Source: Candidatus Methylomirabilota bacterium
Lineage (GTDB): Bacteria; Methylomirabilota; Methylomirabilia; Rokubacteriales; CSP1-6
Assembly: GCA_046726415.1 (NCBI GenBank)
Contig: JBKPAK010000094.1
Location: 1 to 17,568, forward strand
Reading direction: 5' to 3'
Length of the DNA stretch: 17,568 nt
A model generated the notes under the pieces. The model was not told where the DNA came from and made no database searches. It worked only from the letters and a program-made list of their open reading frames with translations. Of this stretch, positions 1 to 7,900 are shown piece after piece (the first letter of the stretch is position 1; every line of letters begins with the position of its first letter). A program made the position numbers and the translations under genes.

Positions 1-912
1 AGCAGAGCCCCGTATTCCCCCGGGTATGACCTGGCGTCGGCGCCCGTTGTCAGGCCTCCCCAACCTCCCGCGGAATCGAGGAGCCCCCCGGCTCCGCCGG
101 GGCGCGACGAGCGTCGGGGGGCTTGGGGGGCCCTTTCGAGGCCCCCCATCTTACTCGACGTGCGGGATCTCAACGTCCCGGCGGCCCGAGGCCACCTGGG
201 GTTGCAGGCCTGCTCTGTCCGTGTGGCGCCTGGGGAGGTCGTCGGCGTGGCCGGGGTCGCCGGCAACGGACAGCGGGAGCTGGCCGATGCCCTGGTAGGC
301 CTGCGGGTACCGGCACACGGCGCCATCATGCTCGATGGCCGCGACGTGACGAAGGTCGGAGTCCGCGAGCGCCTCCAGGCGGGTTTGGTCTACATCGCGG
401 AGGACCGGATCCAGGACGGGCTCCTGCCAGGTCTCTCGGTGGCCGAGAATTTCATGCTGGGTCTGCACGCCTTCGGGTTGGCCGGGCGGGTGGCCTTCAA
501 TCGCGCGCGGGCCCGGGCGCTGACGCGCGAGGCGATCGACGAGTACGCCATCCGCGCGCCCAGCGAGGAGGCGCGCGCGATCGATCTGTCGGGCGGCAAC
601 ATCCAGAAGGTGCTGGTGGCGCGGGCCATGACTCAGGCGCGCCTCGCCGGCGGGCGGATCCTCGTCGCTCTCAATCCGACGCGTGGGCTCGATGTCCGCG
701 CCACGGAGTTCGTGCGCCGCCGCTGCATCGACTTCGCCCGGGCCGGTGGTGGCGTGCTGCTCGTCTCCGAGGATCTCGATGAGCTGCGCCAGCTCTGCGA
801 CCGGATCGCCGTGATGTTCCGCGGCGCCATCGTCGCCGACCGCGCGCGAGGCCACTTCGATCCCTACGCCATCGGGCGCCTCATGGCCGGCATGGACAGT
901 TCCTCCCCATGA
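1..912 (+). CDS. Nucleoside/sugar (CUT2-type) ABC transporter ATP-binding protein, C-terminal half; 5' partial (frame open from base 1)
   Basis: Second-NBD motifs of two-domain CUT2 ATPases: degenerate Walker A GVAGNGQRE, YIAEDR, signature LSGGNIQK, NPTRGLD, VSEDLDE. No stop in frame 1 between 1 and the track start at 160, so the GTG at 160 is probably internal. Stop TGA 910-912. Confidence 0.9.
   Translation, partial: SRAPYSPGYDLASAPVVRPPQPPAESRSPPAPPGRDERRGAWGALSRPPILLDVRDLNVPAARGHLGLQACSVRVAPGEVVGVAGVAGNGQRELADALVGLRVPAHGAIMLDGRDVTKVGVRERLQAGLVYIAEDRIQDGLLPGLSVAENFMLGLHAFGLAGRVAFNRARARALTREAIDEYAIRAPSEEARAIDLSGGNIQKVLVARAMTQARLAGGRILVALNPTRGLDVRATEFVRRRCIDFARAGGGVLLVSEDLDELRQLCDRIAVMFRGAIVADRARGHFDPYAIGRLMAGMDSSSP
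30..150. repeat. Multi-hairpin palindromic element (REP/MITE/RPE-like) inside the ATPase inter-domain linker; left boundary uncertain
   Basis: Three stem-loops: 30-54 (CCTGGCGTCGG/CCGTTGTCAGG, wobbles and one mismatch), 86-102 (perfect CCCCGGC-TCC-GCCGGGG), 124-148 (TGGGGGG-C-CCT-TTCG-AGG-CCCCCCA). Core 75-113 shares two exact blocks with 11739-11778. Confidence 0.65.
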
Positions 913-1979
913 CGGCGGAGACGCGATCGCTAGCGACCGAGTCGGCGGCTCCGCCCGTCCGGTCAGGGGTCGTCGCCGAGGGCCTCGCCTACCTCGTCGC
1001 GGTCGGGGTGGGGGCGGCGGTCAGCGCGCTGTTCATCCTCGCCATGCGCGGGGACGTGATCGTCGCGTTCCGGACGATCATACTCAGCTCGCTCGGCAGC
1101 GTGGGCGGCGTGGCCCAGACGCTCAACAAGGTCTCGCCCCTGCTCCTGGGCAGCGTGGCGGTCATGGTTGCCCGGCGCGGCGGCTTCTTCAACATCGGGG
1201 TGGATGGACAGATCTACGGAGGCGCCATCGCCGCCACCGGGCTTGCCTTCGCCGTCGGCGCCGGGCCCGCGGTCGTGATGCCCGCGCTCGTGCTCACCGC
1301 GGGCTGTGTGGGCGGGGCGTTCTTCGGCGCCATCCCGGGCCTGCTCAGAGCGCGTTGGGGAGTCAACGAGATCTTCGTCACCGTGATGCTGAACTTCGTG
1401 GCGTACTACTTGACCGAGTACATCGCCACCGGCCCCTGGAACGACCCCATCACCGGCGAGGCCATCACGCGCATGATTCCCGAGACGGCAACGCTTCCCA
1501 TGCTGCTGCGCACGGCCGGCGCGCACTCCGGCATCCTCGTGGCTCTGGTCGCCGCCGCGTGCGCCTCGCTGCTCCTCACGCGCAGCGTGCTCGGCTACGA
1601 GATCCGCGCCGCCGGCGACAACCCGCGGGCCGCAACCATCGGCGGGATTCGCCTCGGCCGCATCGCGCTGGTGACGCTCGCCCTCAGCGGCGCCCTGGCC
1701 GGGCTCGCTGGCGCCATCGAGGTGGCCGGTTATCATCACCGCCTCATCCTCGGGCTCACTCCGGGGTACGGCGCCATGGCCATCCTCATCGCGGTGCTGG
1801 GCCGAATGAATCCCCTGGGCGTCGGCATCGCCTCCGTCCTCGTGGCCATCCTGATGGTGGGATCCGATTCGCTGCAGCGCAGCGTGGGGCTCCCGGCCAG
1901 CGCCGGCTTCGTCTTCCAGGCCATCGTCGTCCTCTGCGTGCTCCTCGTAGAGGCACGCGCGGCCCGCAGACGCGGATGA
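909..1979 (+). CDS. Nucleoside/sugar ABC transporter permease (BPD_transp_2 type)
   Basis: Hydrophobic 356 aa; FNIGVDGQ, GVNEIFVTVMLN, GYEIRAAGDNPRAA, SGALAGLAG motifs; ATGA overlaps with both neighbours. Confidence 0.92.
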   Translation: MTAETRSLATESAAPPVRSGVVAEGLAYLVAVGVGAAVSALFILAMRGDVIVAFRTIILSSLGSVGGVAQTLNKVSPLLLGSVAVMVARRGGFFNIGVDGQIYGGAIAATGLAFAVGAGPAVVMPALVLTAGCVGGAFFGAIPGLLRARWGVNEIFVTVMLNFVAYYLTEYIATGPWNDPITGEAITRMIPETATLPMLLRTAGAHSGILVALVAAACASLLLTRSVLGYEIRAAGDNPRAATIGGIRLGRIALVTLALSGALAGLAGAIEVAGYHHRLILGLTPGYGAMAILIAVLGRMNPLGVGIASVLVAILMVGSDSLQRSVGLPASAGFVFQAIVVLCVLLVEARAARRRG

Positions 1980-4387
1980 GCACGCGCGCGATCGGAAGTC
2001 GCGTCCCGCGTAACGAGGATCCGCGCCTGCTGCGCGGGTTGGGCTGCTTCGTGGACGACGTGAACCCCGCCGGCGTGCTACACGCGGCCTCCTTGCGCAG
2101 CCCGCACGCGCACGCCCGGATCATCAGCATCGACACCGCCCGGGCGCGCCATCTCCCCGGCGTCCACCTCGTCCTGACCGCCAAGGATCTCGGCGAGCAG
2201 AACCAGCCAGGCCCTCTCCTCATTCCCCACCCCGCGCTCACGCAGCCCCGCACGCAGCGCCCGCTGGCCGCGGGCGAGGTGCGCTTTGTGGGTGAGACGG
2301 TCGCCTTCGTCGTGGCGGACAGCCGCTATCTGGCCGAGGACGCGGCAGGGCTCATCGAGGTGGCGTACGAGCCACTGCCGGCCGTCACCGACCTCGAGAC
2401 GGCCCTCGCCGAGGGAGCAGCGCGCGTCCACGCCGACGTCCCCGCCAATCGAGCCGCCCGCTTTCCGCAGACGGCGGGCGATCTCGACGGTGCCTTCCGC
2501 CGCGCGGCGCACATCTTCCGCGAGCGGCTCGTCATCGAGCGCAGCTGTGGCAGCCCCATCGAGGCACGCGGCGTGGTGGCCGAGCACGATCGACGTACTG
2601 GCGTACTCCGGGTGTGGACCTCGACCCAGGCGCCCCTGCCCATCAAGAACGGCCTGGCCAGGATGCTCGGTCTGGCGGAGTTCGCGGTGGAGGTGATCGC
2701 GCCCGACATCGGGGGCGGCTTCGGCACCAAGATCATGCTCTTCTATCCGGAGGAGATCCTCGTGCCTCGGGCTGCGCTCCGGCTCGGGCGACCCGTCAAG
2801 TGGACGGAAGATCGGCGCGAGCATCTCATCGCGGCCAACCAGGAACGGGGCCAGGTCCATCATGTCGAAGTGGCGGTGGACGCCGACGGGCGACTCCTGG
2901 GACTGCGCGACCACTTCGTCCACGACGCTGGCGCCTACACGCCGTACGGCATCGTGGTGCCGATCATTACCGCCACCCAGCTTCCCGGGCCCTATCGCCT
3001 GCGCAACTACCAGGTCGAGTTCGAGGTGGCCTACACCAACAAGGTGGCGGTGAGCCCGTACCGCGGAGCGGGGCGGCCGCACGGCGCCTTCGTCATGGAG
3101 CGCATGATCGGTCGCATCGCGCGGGAGCTGGGACTCGAGCCGGCCGAAGTGCGCCGGCGCAACTTCATCCAGCCTGACGAGTTCCCGTGGGACGTGGGGC
3201 TCACCTTCCAGGACGGCGGCCCCACGCGCTATGACAGCGGCAGCTATCCGGCCGGGCTGGACATGGCTCTCGAAATGATCGGCGCGCGCGAGTTTCGAGC
3301 GCAACAGGTGGATGCGCGCAGGCAGGGGCGCTACATCGGACTCGGGCTCGGCTGTTACGTCGAGGGCACCGGCATCGGCCCCTACGAGGGAGCGCACGTG
3401 CGCGTGGAGCCGAGCGGCAAGATCTTCGTGGCCACCGGGCTCAGCACGCAGGGCCAGGGCCACCCGACGACCTTCGCCCAGATCACGGCCGACGCTCTGG
3501 GATGCGATCCCTCCGAGGTGACGGTCGTCACCGGCGACACGCGCCAGGTCAACTGGGGCGCCGGCACCTACGCGAGCCGCGGCCTGGTGACGAGCGGCAG
3601 CGCCATTCACGCGGCGGCGGTGAAGGTGCGGGACAAGGTACTGCGACTGGCCGCTGACCTCCTGGAGGCATCGCCCCATGATCTCGAGATCATCGAGGGC
3701 CGCGTGCGCGTGAAGGGCGCACCGGGCAAGGAGCTGACCCTCGGCGCCCTGGCCACGGTGTCCAACCCCATCCGCTACGCGTACGGCAAGGAGGCCTCCG
3801 AGGCCGCGCTGAGGCTCGTGAAGCCGCGCGAGGGTGCGGTGCTGGCGCCGGGCGAAGAGCCAGGGCTCGAGGCGTGGGGCTACTACGCCCCGCCTCACGC
3901 GACCTTCGCCAGCGGTTGTCACGCCGCCATCGTCGAGATCGACGTGGAGACCGGTGAGCTTCGCTTCTTGCGCTACGTGGTCCAGCACGACTGCGGGACG
4001 ATGGTGAATCCGACCATCGTGGAAGGACAGATCCGCGGTGGCGTGGCCCAGGGCATCGGGGGCGCGCTCTACGAGCGGCTCGTGTACGACGCGAGCGGAC
4101 AGCCCCTGACGGCCAGCTTCATGGACTTTCTGATGCCGACGGCTGTCGAGGTTCCCACCCTCGAGATCGGCCACATCGAGACGCCGTCGCCGCTGAATCC
4201 GCTCGGCATCAAGGGCGTGGGCGAGGCGGGCGCCATCCCCGGGCCGGCCCTGGTGGCCGAGGCGATCGACGATGCCCTCGCTCCCCTCGGCGTGCGCATT
4301 CGCGAGATGCCCGTCACCCCGAGCCGCCTCCGCGAGCTGATCCGCGCCGCCGGCGGGCCTGGGCGCTCCGCAGCACCGCCTGGATGA
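1976..4387 (+). CDS. Xanthine dehydrogenase/CO dehydrogenase family molybdopterin-binding large subunit (CoxL form II-like), 803 aa
   Basis: True start ATG 1976 (MSTRAIGSRVPRNEDPRLLRG), overlapping the permease TGA; RSPHAHARI, GGGFGTK, active-site loop PYRGAGR, QGQGH, EGQIRGGVAQGIG, KGVGE. Confidence 0.93.
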   Translation: MSTRAIGSRVPRNEDPRLLRGLGCFVDDVNPAGVLHAASLRSPHAHARIISIDTARARHLPGVHLVLTAKDLGEQNQPGPLLIPHPALTQPRTQRPLAAGEVRFVGETVAFVVADSRYLAEDAAGLIEVAYEPLPAVTDLETALAEGAARVHADVPANRAARFPQTAGDLDGAFRRAAHIFRERLVIERSCGSPIEARGVVAEHDRRTGVLRVWTSTQAPLPIKNGLARMLGLAEFAVEVIAPDIGGGFGTKIMLFYPEEILVPRAALRLGRPVKWTEDRREHLIAANQERGQVHHVEVAVDADGRLLGLRDHFVHDAGAYTPYGIVVPIITATQLPGPYRLRNYQVEFEVAYTNKVAVSPYRGAGRPHGAFVMERMIGRIARELGLEPAEVRRRNFIQPDEFPWDVGLTFQDGGPTRYDSGSYPAGLDMALEMIGAREFRAQQVDARRQGRYIGLGLGCYVEGTGIGPYEGAHVRVEPSGKIFVATGLSTQGQGHPTTFAQITADALGCDPSEVTVVTGDTRQVNWGAGTYASRGLVTSGSAIHAAAVKVRDKVLRLAADLLEASPHDLEIIEGRVRVKGAPGKELTLGALATVSNPIRYAYGKEASEAALRLVKPREGAVLAPGEEPGLEAWGYYAPPHATFASGCHAAIVEIDVETGELRFLRYVVQHDCGTMVNPTIVEGQIRGGVAQGIGGALYERLVYDASGQPLTASFMDFLMPTAVEVPTLEIGHIETPSPLNPLGIKGVGEAGAIPGPALVAEAIDDALAPLGVRIREMPVTPSRLRELIRAAGGPGRSAAPPG

Positions 4388-5246
4388 GCGGCGCCTCCGC
4401 CCGGTCGCGGTGATACACGAGGTCGATCCGGCGTCGCAGACCCGAGAGTTCTGACCCCCGAAGCTTCAGCAGGGCGAGCCGACCATCCCGGACCTCGTGC
4501 CCGACGATCGTACGGGACACGAGGCTGAGGCCGCCGCCCATCTGGACGATGCGCTTCACCGCTTCGTTGGATCCCACCTCCATGCCCACCGTCAGTGGCA
4601 GGCCCACGCGAGCTGCCAACTGCTCGGCGAAGGCGCGCGTGGCCGAGCCCGGCTCGCGAAGGATGAACGCATGTCCCTTGAGGGCGTCGAGCGGGACGGA
4701 GCGCTGTTTGGCCAGTGGGTGCCCGGGAGCCGCGATGATCACCAGGGGATCGCTCCAGAGTTCGTGACGAACGATCTGGGAATGCTGAGGTTCTCCGCCG
4801 AGGACGCCGACGTCGGCCTCCAGGGCCAGGATGTGCTCGAGCACGCGGGTGGAATTGGCGACGACGACCCGCACCTCGACGCCGGGATGGCGGCGCTTGA
4901 AATCGGTCACGAGCGGCGGCACGTAGTAAGCGGCCAAGGTGACCCCAGCCGCTAAGGTGAGGCGGCCCCGCTGGAGCCCACGCGTCGCCTCGAGAGTTTG
5001 CCCGGCTTCGTCGAGCAAGGCGAACACGCGCTGAACGTAGCGGTACAGAGTCTCCCCGGCATGGGTGAGGCGCGCGCGGCGACGGATGCGCTCGAAGAGC
5101 GCGACCCCGTAGTCGCGTTCGAGCCGCCGAACCTGGGCGCTCACCGCGGGCTGCGTCACCGCCAACTCGCGGGCGGCCTGGCTGAAGCTGCCGAGGCGGG
5201 CCACGGCTTCGAACACGCGGAATGCCGTGAGGCTTCGCGGTCTCAC
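4314..5246 (-). CDS. LysR-family transcriptional regulator (CysL/CmpR-like substrate domain)
   Basis: N-terminal HTH FEAVARLGSFSQAARELAVTQPAVSAQVRRLE; REPGSATR and SNEAVK motifs; GTG start with an in-frame stop shortly upstream. Confidence 0.93.
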   Translation of the reverse strand: MRPRSLTAFRVFEAVARLGSFSQAARELAVTQPAVSAQVRRLERDYGVALFERIRRRARLTHAGETLYRYVQRVFALLDEAGQTLEATRGLQRGRLTLAAGVTLAAYYVPPLVTDFKRRHPGVEVRVVVANSTRVLEHILALEADVGVLGGEPQHSQIVRHELWSDPLVIIAAPGHPLAKQRSVPLDALKGHAFILREPGSATRAFAEQLAARVGLPLTVGMEVGSNEAVKRIVQMGGGLSLVSRTIVGHEVRDGRLALLKLRGSELSGLRRRIDLVYHRDRAEAPLIQAVLRSAQARRRRGSARGGGSG

Positions 5247-5258
5247 GCGCGACCCATC

Positions 5259-5285
5259 ATAATCACTACGTTATCAACTCGATAA
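5259..5285. promoter_or_regulatory. Putative LysR binding sites in the divergent lysR/MFS spacer
   Basis: AT-rich island holding a perfect inverted repeat TTATC-N5-GATAA (5271-5285; T5272-N11-A5284) and an overlapping ATAA-N8-TTAT (5259-5274). Confidence 0.6.
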
Positions 5286-5297
5286 TAATGGTCGCTC

Positions 5298-5325
5298 TTG
5301 TCTTCTGGTCCCGACGCTCTACTGT
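5298..5325 (+). promoter_or_regulatory. Putative sigma70 promoter of the MFS gene
   Basis: TTGTCT (5298-5303) - 16 nt - TACTGT (5320-5325), 6 nt before the GTG start. Confidence 0.5.
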
Positions 5326-5331
5326 AACGCC

Positions 5332-6570
5332 GTGGCGACCCTCGGCTCGACCGTCGGCGCGGCGACCACCCGGAGGGCGTCGGGGCGCGCGATCCTCGGC
5401 CTGACCTGCGCGACGCACTTCGTTCACGACGGCTTCTCCGATCTCGTCTACATGCTCCTCCCCATCTGGGCGTCGGAGTTTCGCCTGAATTACGTCCAGG
5501 TCGGCGCCCTGCGAACGGTGTACACCGGCGGAATGGCGCTCTTTCAGCTTCCCGCGGGACTGCTGGCCGAGCGATACGGGGAACGTTCGTTGCTCGCCGG
5601 CGGCACCGCGATCACGGCGGCCGGCTTCGTCCTGACCGGATGGGCAGGCTCGGTGACGTCGCTGTTCGGGCTGCTCCTCATGGCCGGACTCGCGTCCGGG
5701 GTGCAGCACCCCTTGTCCTCGACCCTGGTGTCAGGCGCCTACGAACCCCACACAAGGCGCACCGCCCTCGGCACCTATAACTTCTCGGGCGATCTCGGAA
5801 AGATGGTGGTGCCGGCCGCCGTCGGCCTCGCCGCCACCGCGGTCGGCTGGCGCGTCGCCTCCAGCGCCTGCGGCGTCATCGGCATCGCCGCCGCGCTCAT
5901 CCTGTTCGTCATGCTCCGGGAATTCTCGGTGGGCAGCCGTCCGCAGGCGGCCCGGGTAACGTCCCCGCCGGCCGGGTGGGGAATCCGCAATCGCCCGGCG
6001 TTCAGCGCGCTCGCCGCCATCGGTGCCCTCGACAGTGGGACGCGGACTCCGTTCTTGACGTTCCTCCCGTTCGTGCTCATCGCGAAGGGCTCGACGACCG
6101 CGGGGATCGGCATGGCACTCGCCCTGGCCTTCGCGGGCGGCGCCGCCGGCAAGCTCCTGTGCGGTCTGCTCGCCCAGCGCGTGGGCGTCATCAGGGCGGT
6201 GGTGGTGACGGAAGCGGCCACCTGCGCCGGGATCATCACCCTCGTCGTGGCCCCGCTGCCGATGGCGCTCGCGATCCTCCCTTTCCTCGGTGCCGCGCTG
6301 AACGGCACGTCATCGGTGCTGTATGGCACCGTCGCCGATCTGGTGGTCGCCGAGCGACAGTCGCGCGCCTACGGCCTGTACTACACCCTGATCCAGATCT
6401 CGTCAGCGGTGTCCCCCATCGGGTACGGCTGGATCAGCGACCGAGCCGGGGCGTCAATGACCCTCGTTCTCGTTGGCACGGTGGTCCTGGCCACGATCCC
6501 GCTCGCGCTGTCGCTTCGGCGAGCGATCGACCACGCCGGAGAACTGGCGCGGCCCGCTACCCCGGGATGA
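5332..6570 (+). CDS. Major facilitator superfamily transporter (Fsr-like)
   Basis: 412 aa with many hydrophobic segments; HFVHDG, motif A GLLAERYGER, QHP, GDLGK, GWISDRAG. Confidence 0.92.
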   Translation: MATLGSTVGAATTRRASGRAILGLTCATHFVHDGFSDLVYMLLPIWASEFRLNYVQVGALRTVYTGGMALFQLPAGLLAERYGERSLLAGGTAITAAGFVLTGWAGSVTSLFGLLLMAGLASGVQHPLSSTLVSGAYEPHTRRTALGTYNFSGDLGKMVVPAAVGLAATAVGWRVASSACGVIGIAAALILFVMLREFSVGSRPQAARVTSPPAGWGIRNRPAFSALAAIGALDSGTRTPFLTFLPFVLIAKGSTTAGIGMALALAFAGGAAGKLLCGLLAQRVGVIRAVVVTEAATCAGIITLVVAPLPMALAILPFLGAALNGTSSVLYGTVADLVVAERQSRAYGLYYTLIQISSAVSPIGYGWISDRAGASMTLVLVGTVVLATIPLALSLRRAIDHAGELARPATPG

Positions 6571-7746
6571 AGCCGTAGAGCTTTCCCGCGTTCTCGCAGG
6601 TGACCTTGCGACGGACGCTGGCCGGCAGGTGCCCGAGCTCGCGGGCGAGCACCTCGCTGGAGTCGGGCCAGACGCCGTCGGGATGCGGGAAGTCCGAGCC
6701 CCACATCACGTTGTCCTCGCCCAGCTCGTCCAGCAGCTTGAGCCGATGCGATCCGACTGATAGGTGGCTCGGCACTGGCGCCGCCAGTAGTCGCTCGGCT
6801 TCATGCTAAGGCCGAGATCGCCGAACTGGTCCTCCCACTCCAGATCCATGTGGTCCAGGATGTAGGGGATCCAGCCGATCCCGCCCTCGCCGATGACGAC
6901 GCGCATGCGCGGATGGCGCTCCAGCACCCCGCCGTAGACGAGCGACATCAGGATGGTCGACATGTAGATCTGGAAGCCGCTGATGTGCACCGCGAACCCG
7001 GCCCGGGCCACCCGGTGGGGCAGCGGCGCGTCAACCTTCTCGCCCCACGCGCTCCCCCACAGCGTCTTCCCGATGGCGTCGGGCATCCGCCCACCCACCG
7101 TGTGGAAGTGCAGCGGGAGCCCCGATTCGTCGACGGAGTCCCACAGCGGCTCCCAGTAGGGGTCGTAGAGCGGTGGCATGTCCAGAGTGTTGGCCACGTC
7201 GACGCCGCGGACGGCACCCCGCTTGACCACGCGCTGGACCTCGCTGACCGCGGCGTCGATGGGCGCGCTCGGGATGCAGGCGAGCCCGGCGAAGCGGTCC
7301 GGGTGGGTGTCACAGAAGTCGGCGAGCCAGTCGTTGTAGATGCGGATCATCTCGACGGCCGCCTCGGGGTCGTTCATGCGCGTGCTGGAGCCGAGGATGC
7401 CGTACAGCACCTCGGCCTGGACCCCGTCGCGATCCTGATCCTTGAGCCGCAGCTCGGGTTCGCTCAGGCGCCGGATCCCGCGCTTGCCGTCCTCGTACAG
7501 GCCGGTGGAGGCCATGCGATCCGAGCGATGGATCTGACCCGGCACGTACTCGCGTCCGCCGGAGCCCATACCGTTGGCTAGCCCGAAGTGTCCGCCCTTC
7601 TTGGTGACCCACATGGGGCCCTTGGGCCCTTCGGTGACGTAGGGCATGCGATCCCGCATGGCGGCCGAGGCGCGGCTGGTGAAGAGGTCTGGCGGCAACC
7701 AGCAAAGATCGAGGTGACAGTCCGCGGAGATTCTCTCGTAGTGCAT
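6557..7746 (-). pseudogene. Amidohydrolase-2 family protein, split by a 1-nt deletion near 6742 (pseudogene or sequencing error)
   Basis: ATG 7746 with GGAGG; ISADCH, YNDWLADFC, LHFH, LERHPRMRVVIGEGGIGWIP in one frame; C-terminal KLLDELGEDNVMWGSDFPHPDG in the adjacent frame ending TAG 6557-6559. Adding one base gives 396 aa. Confidence 0.85.
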
Positions 7747-7791
7747 GCAGCCTCCCGGCTGGTCGCGATTGGTCTCGACCGAGCGTGCCGT

Positions 7792-7821
7792 AGTGTAGAA
7801 ACCCTCGTGCAACCGTGTCAA
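7792..7821 (-). promoter_or_regulatory. Putative sigma70 promoter of the amidohydrolase gene
   Basis: Minus strand TTGACA (7821-7816) - 18 nt - TACACT (7797-7792). Confidence 0.6.
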
Positions 7822-7854
7822 ACGCCGTCCGGCTCGGCGGGGCCGCCGCAATCC

Positions 7855-7863
7855 TGGTACAGT
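7855..7863 (+). promoter_or_regulatory. Putative extended -10 promoter for the TauD-SDR genes
   Basis: TGG-TACAGT matches TGn-TAnnnT, about 40 nt upstream of ATG 7901. Confidence 0.35.
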
Positions 7864-7900
7864 GTCGATCGGCGACGGTCAGCCGGAACGGGGACACGCG

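Noticed and set aside
1355-1975. 1010-aa ORF suggesting a 207-aa N-terminal extension or fusion on the molybdoprotein
   Set aside because: The extension is an Arg/His-rich off-frame reading of the permease; the family N-terminus starts at ATG 1976.
3763-3860. Apparent insertion NPIRYAYGKEASEAALRLVKPREG in the molybdoprotein as another repeat insertion
   Set aside because: Normal codon usage, no hairpin or repeat core, and I recall a similar NPLRYA segment in a CoxL-like subfamily.
2078-4174. 698-aa antisense ORF and similar long shadow ORFs (e.g. 7310-8776, 8200-9801, 12569-13948, 14807-16261, 16292-17530)
   Set aside because: They overlap well-supported genes, lack recognisable motifs, and are expected from stop-codon scarcity in GC-rich DNA.
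7808-7821. Possible sigma54 promoter (TGACAC-GG-TTGCA on the minus strand)
   Set aside because: Lacks the GG and the spacing is wrong for -24/-12; better explained as a sigma70 -35 box.
7829-7844. Small hairpin CGGCTC-GGCG-GGGCCG in the divergent spacer as a third repeat copy
   Set aside because: No AGGA/GA core; a 6-bp GC stem is expected by chance here.
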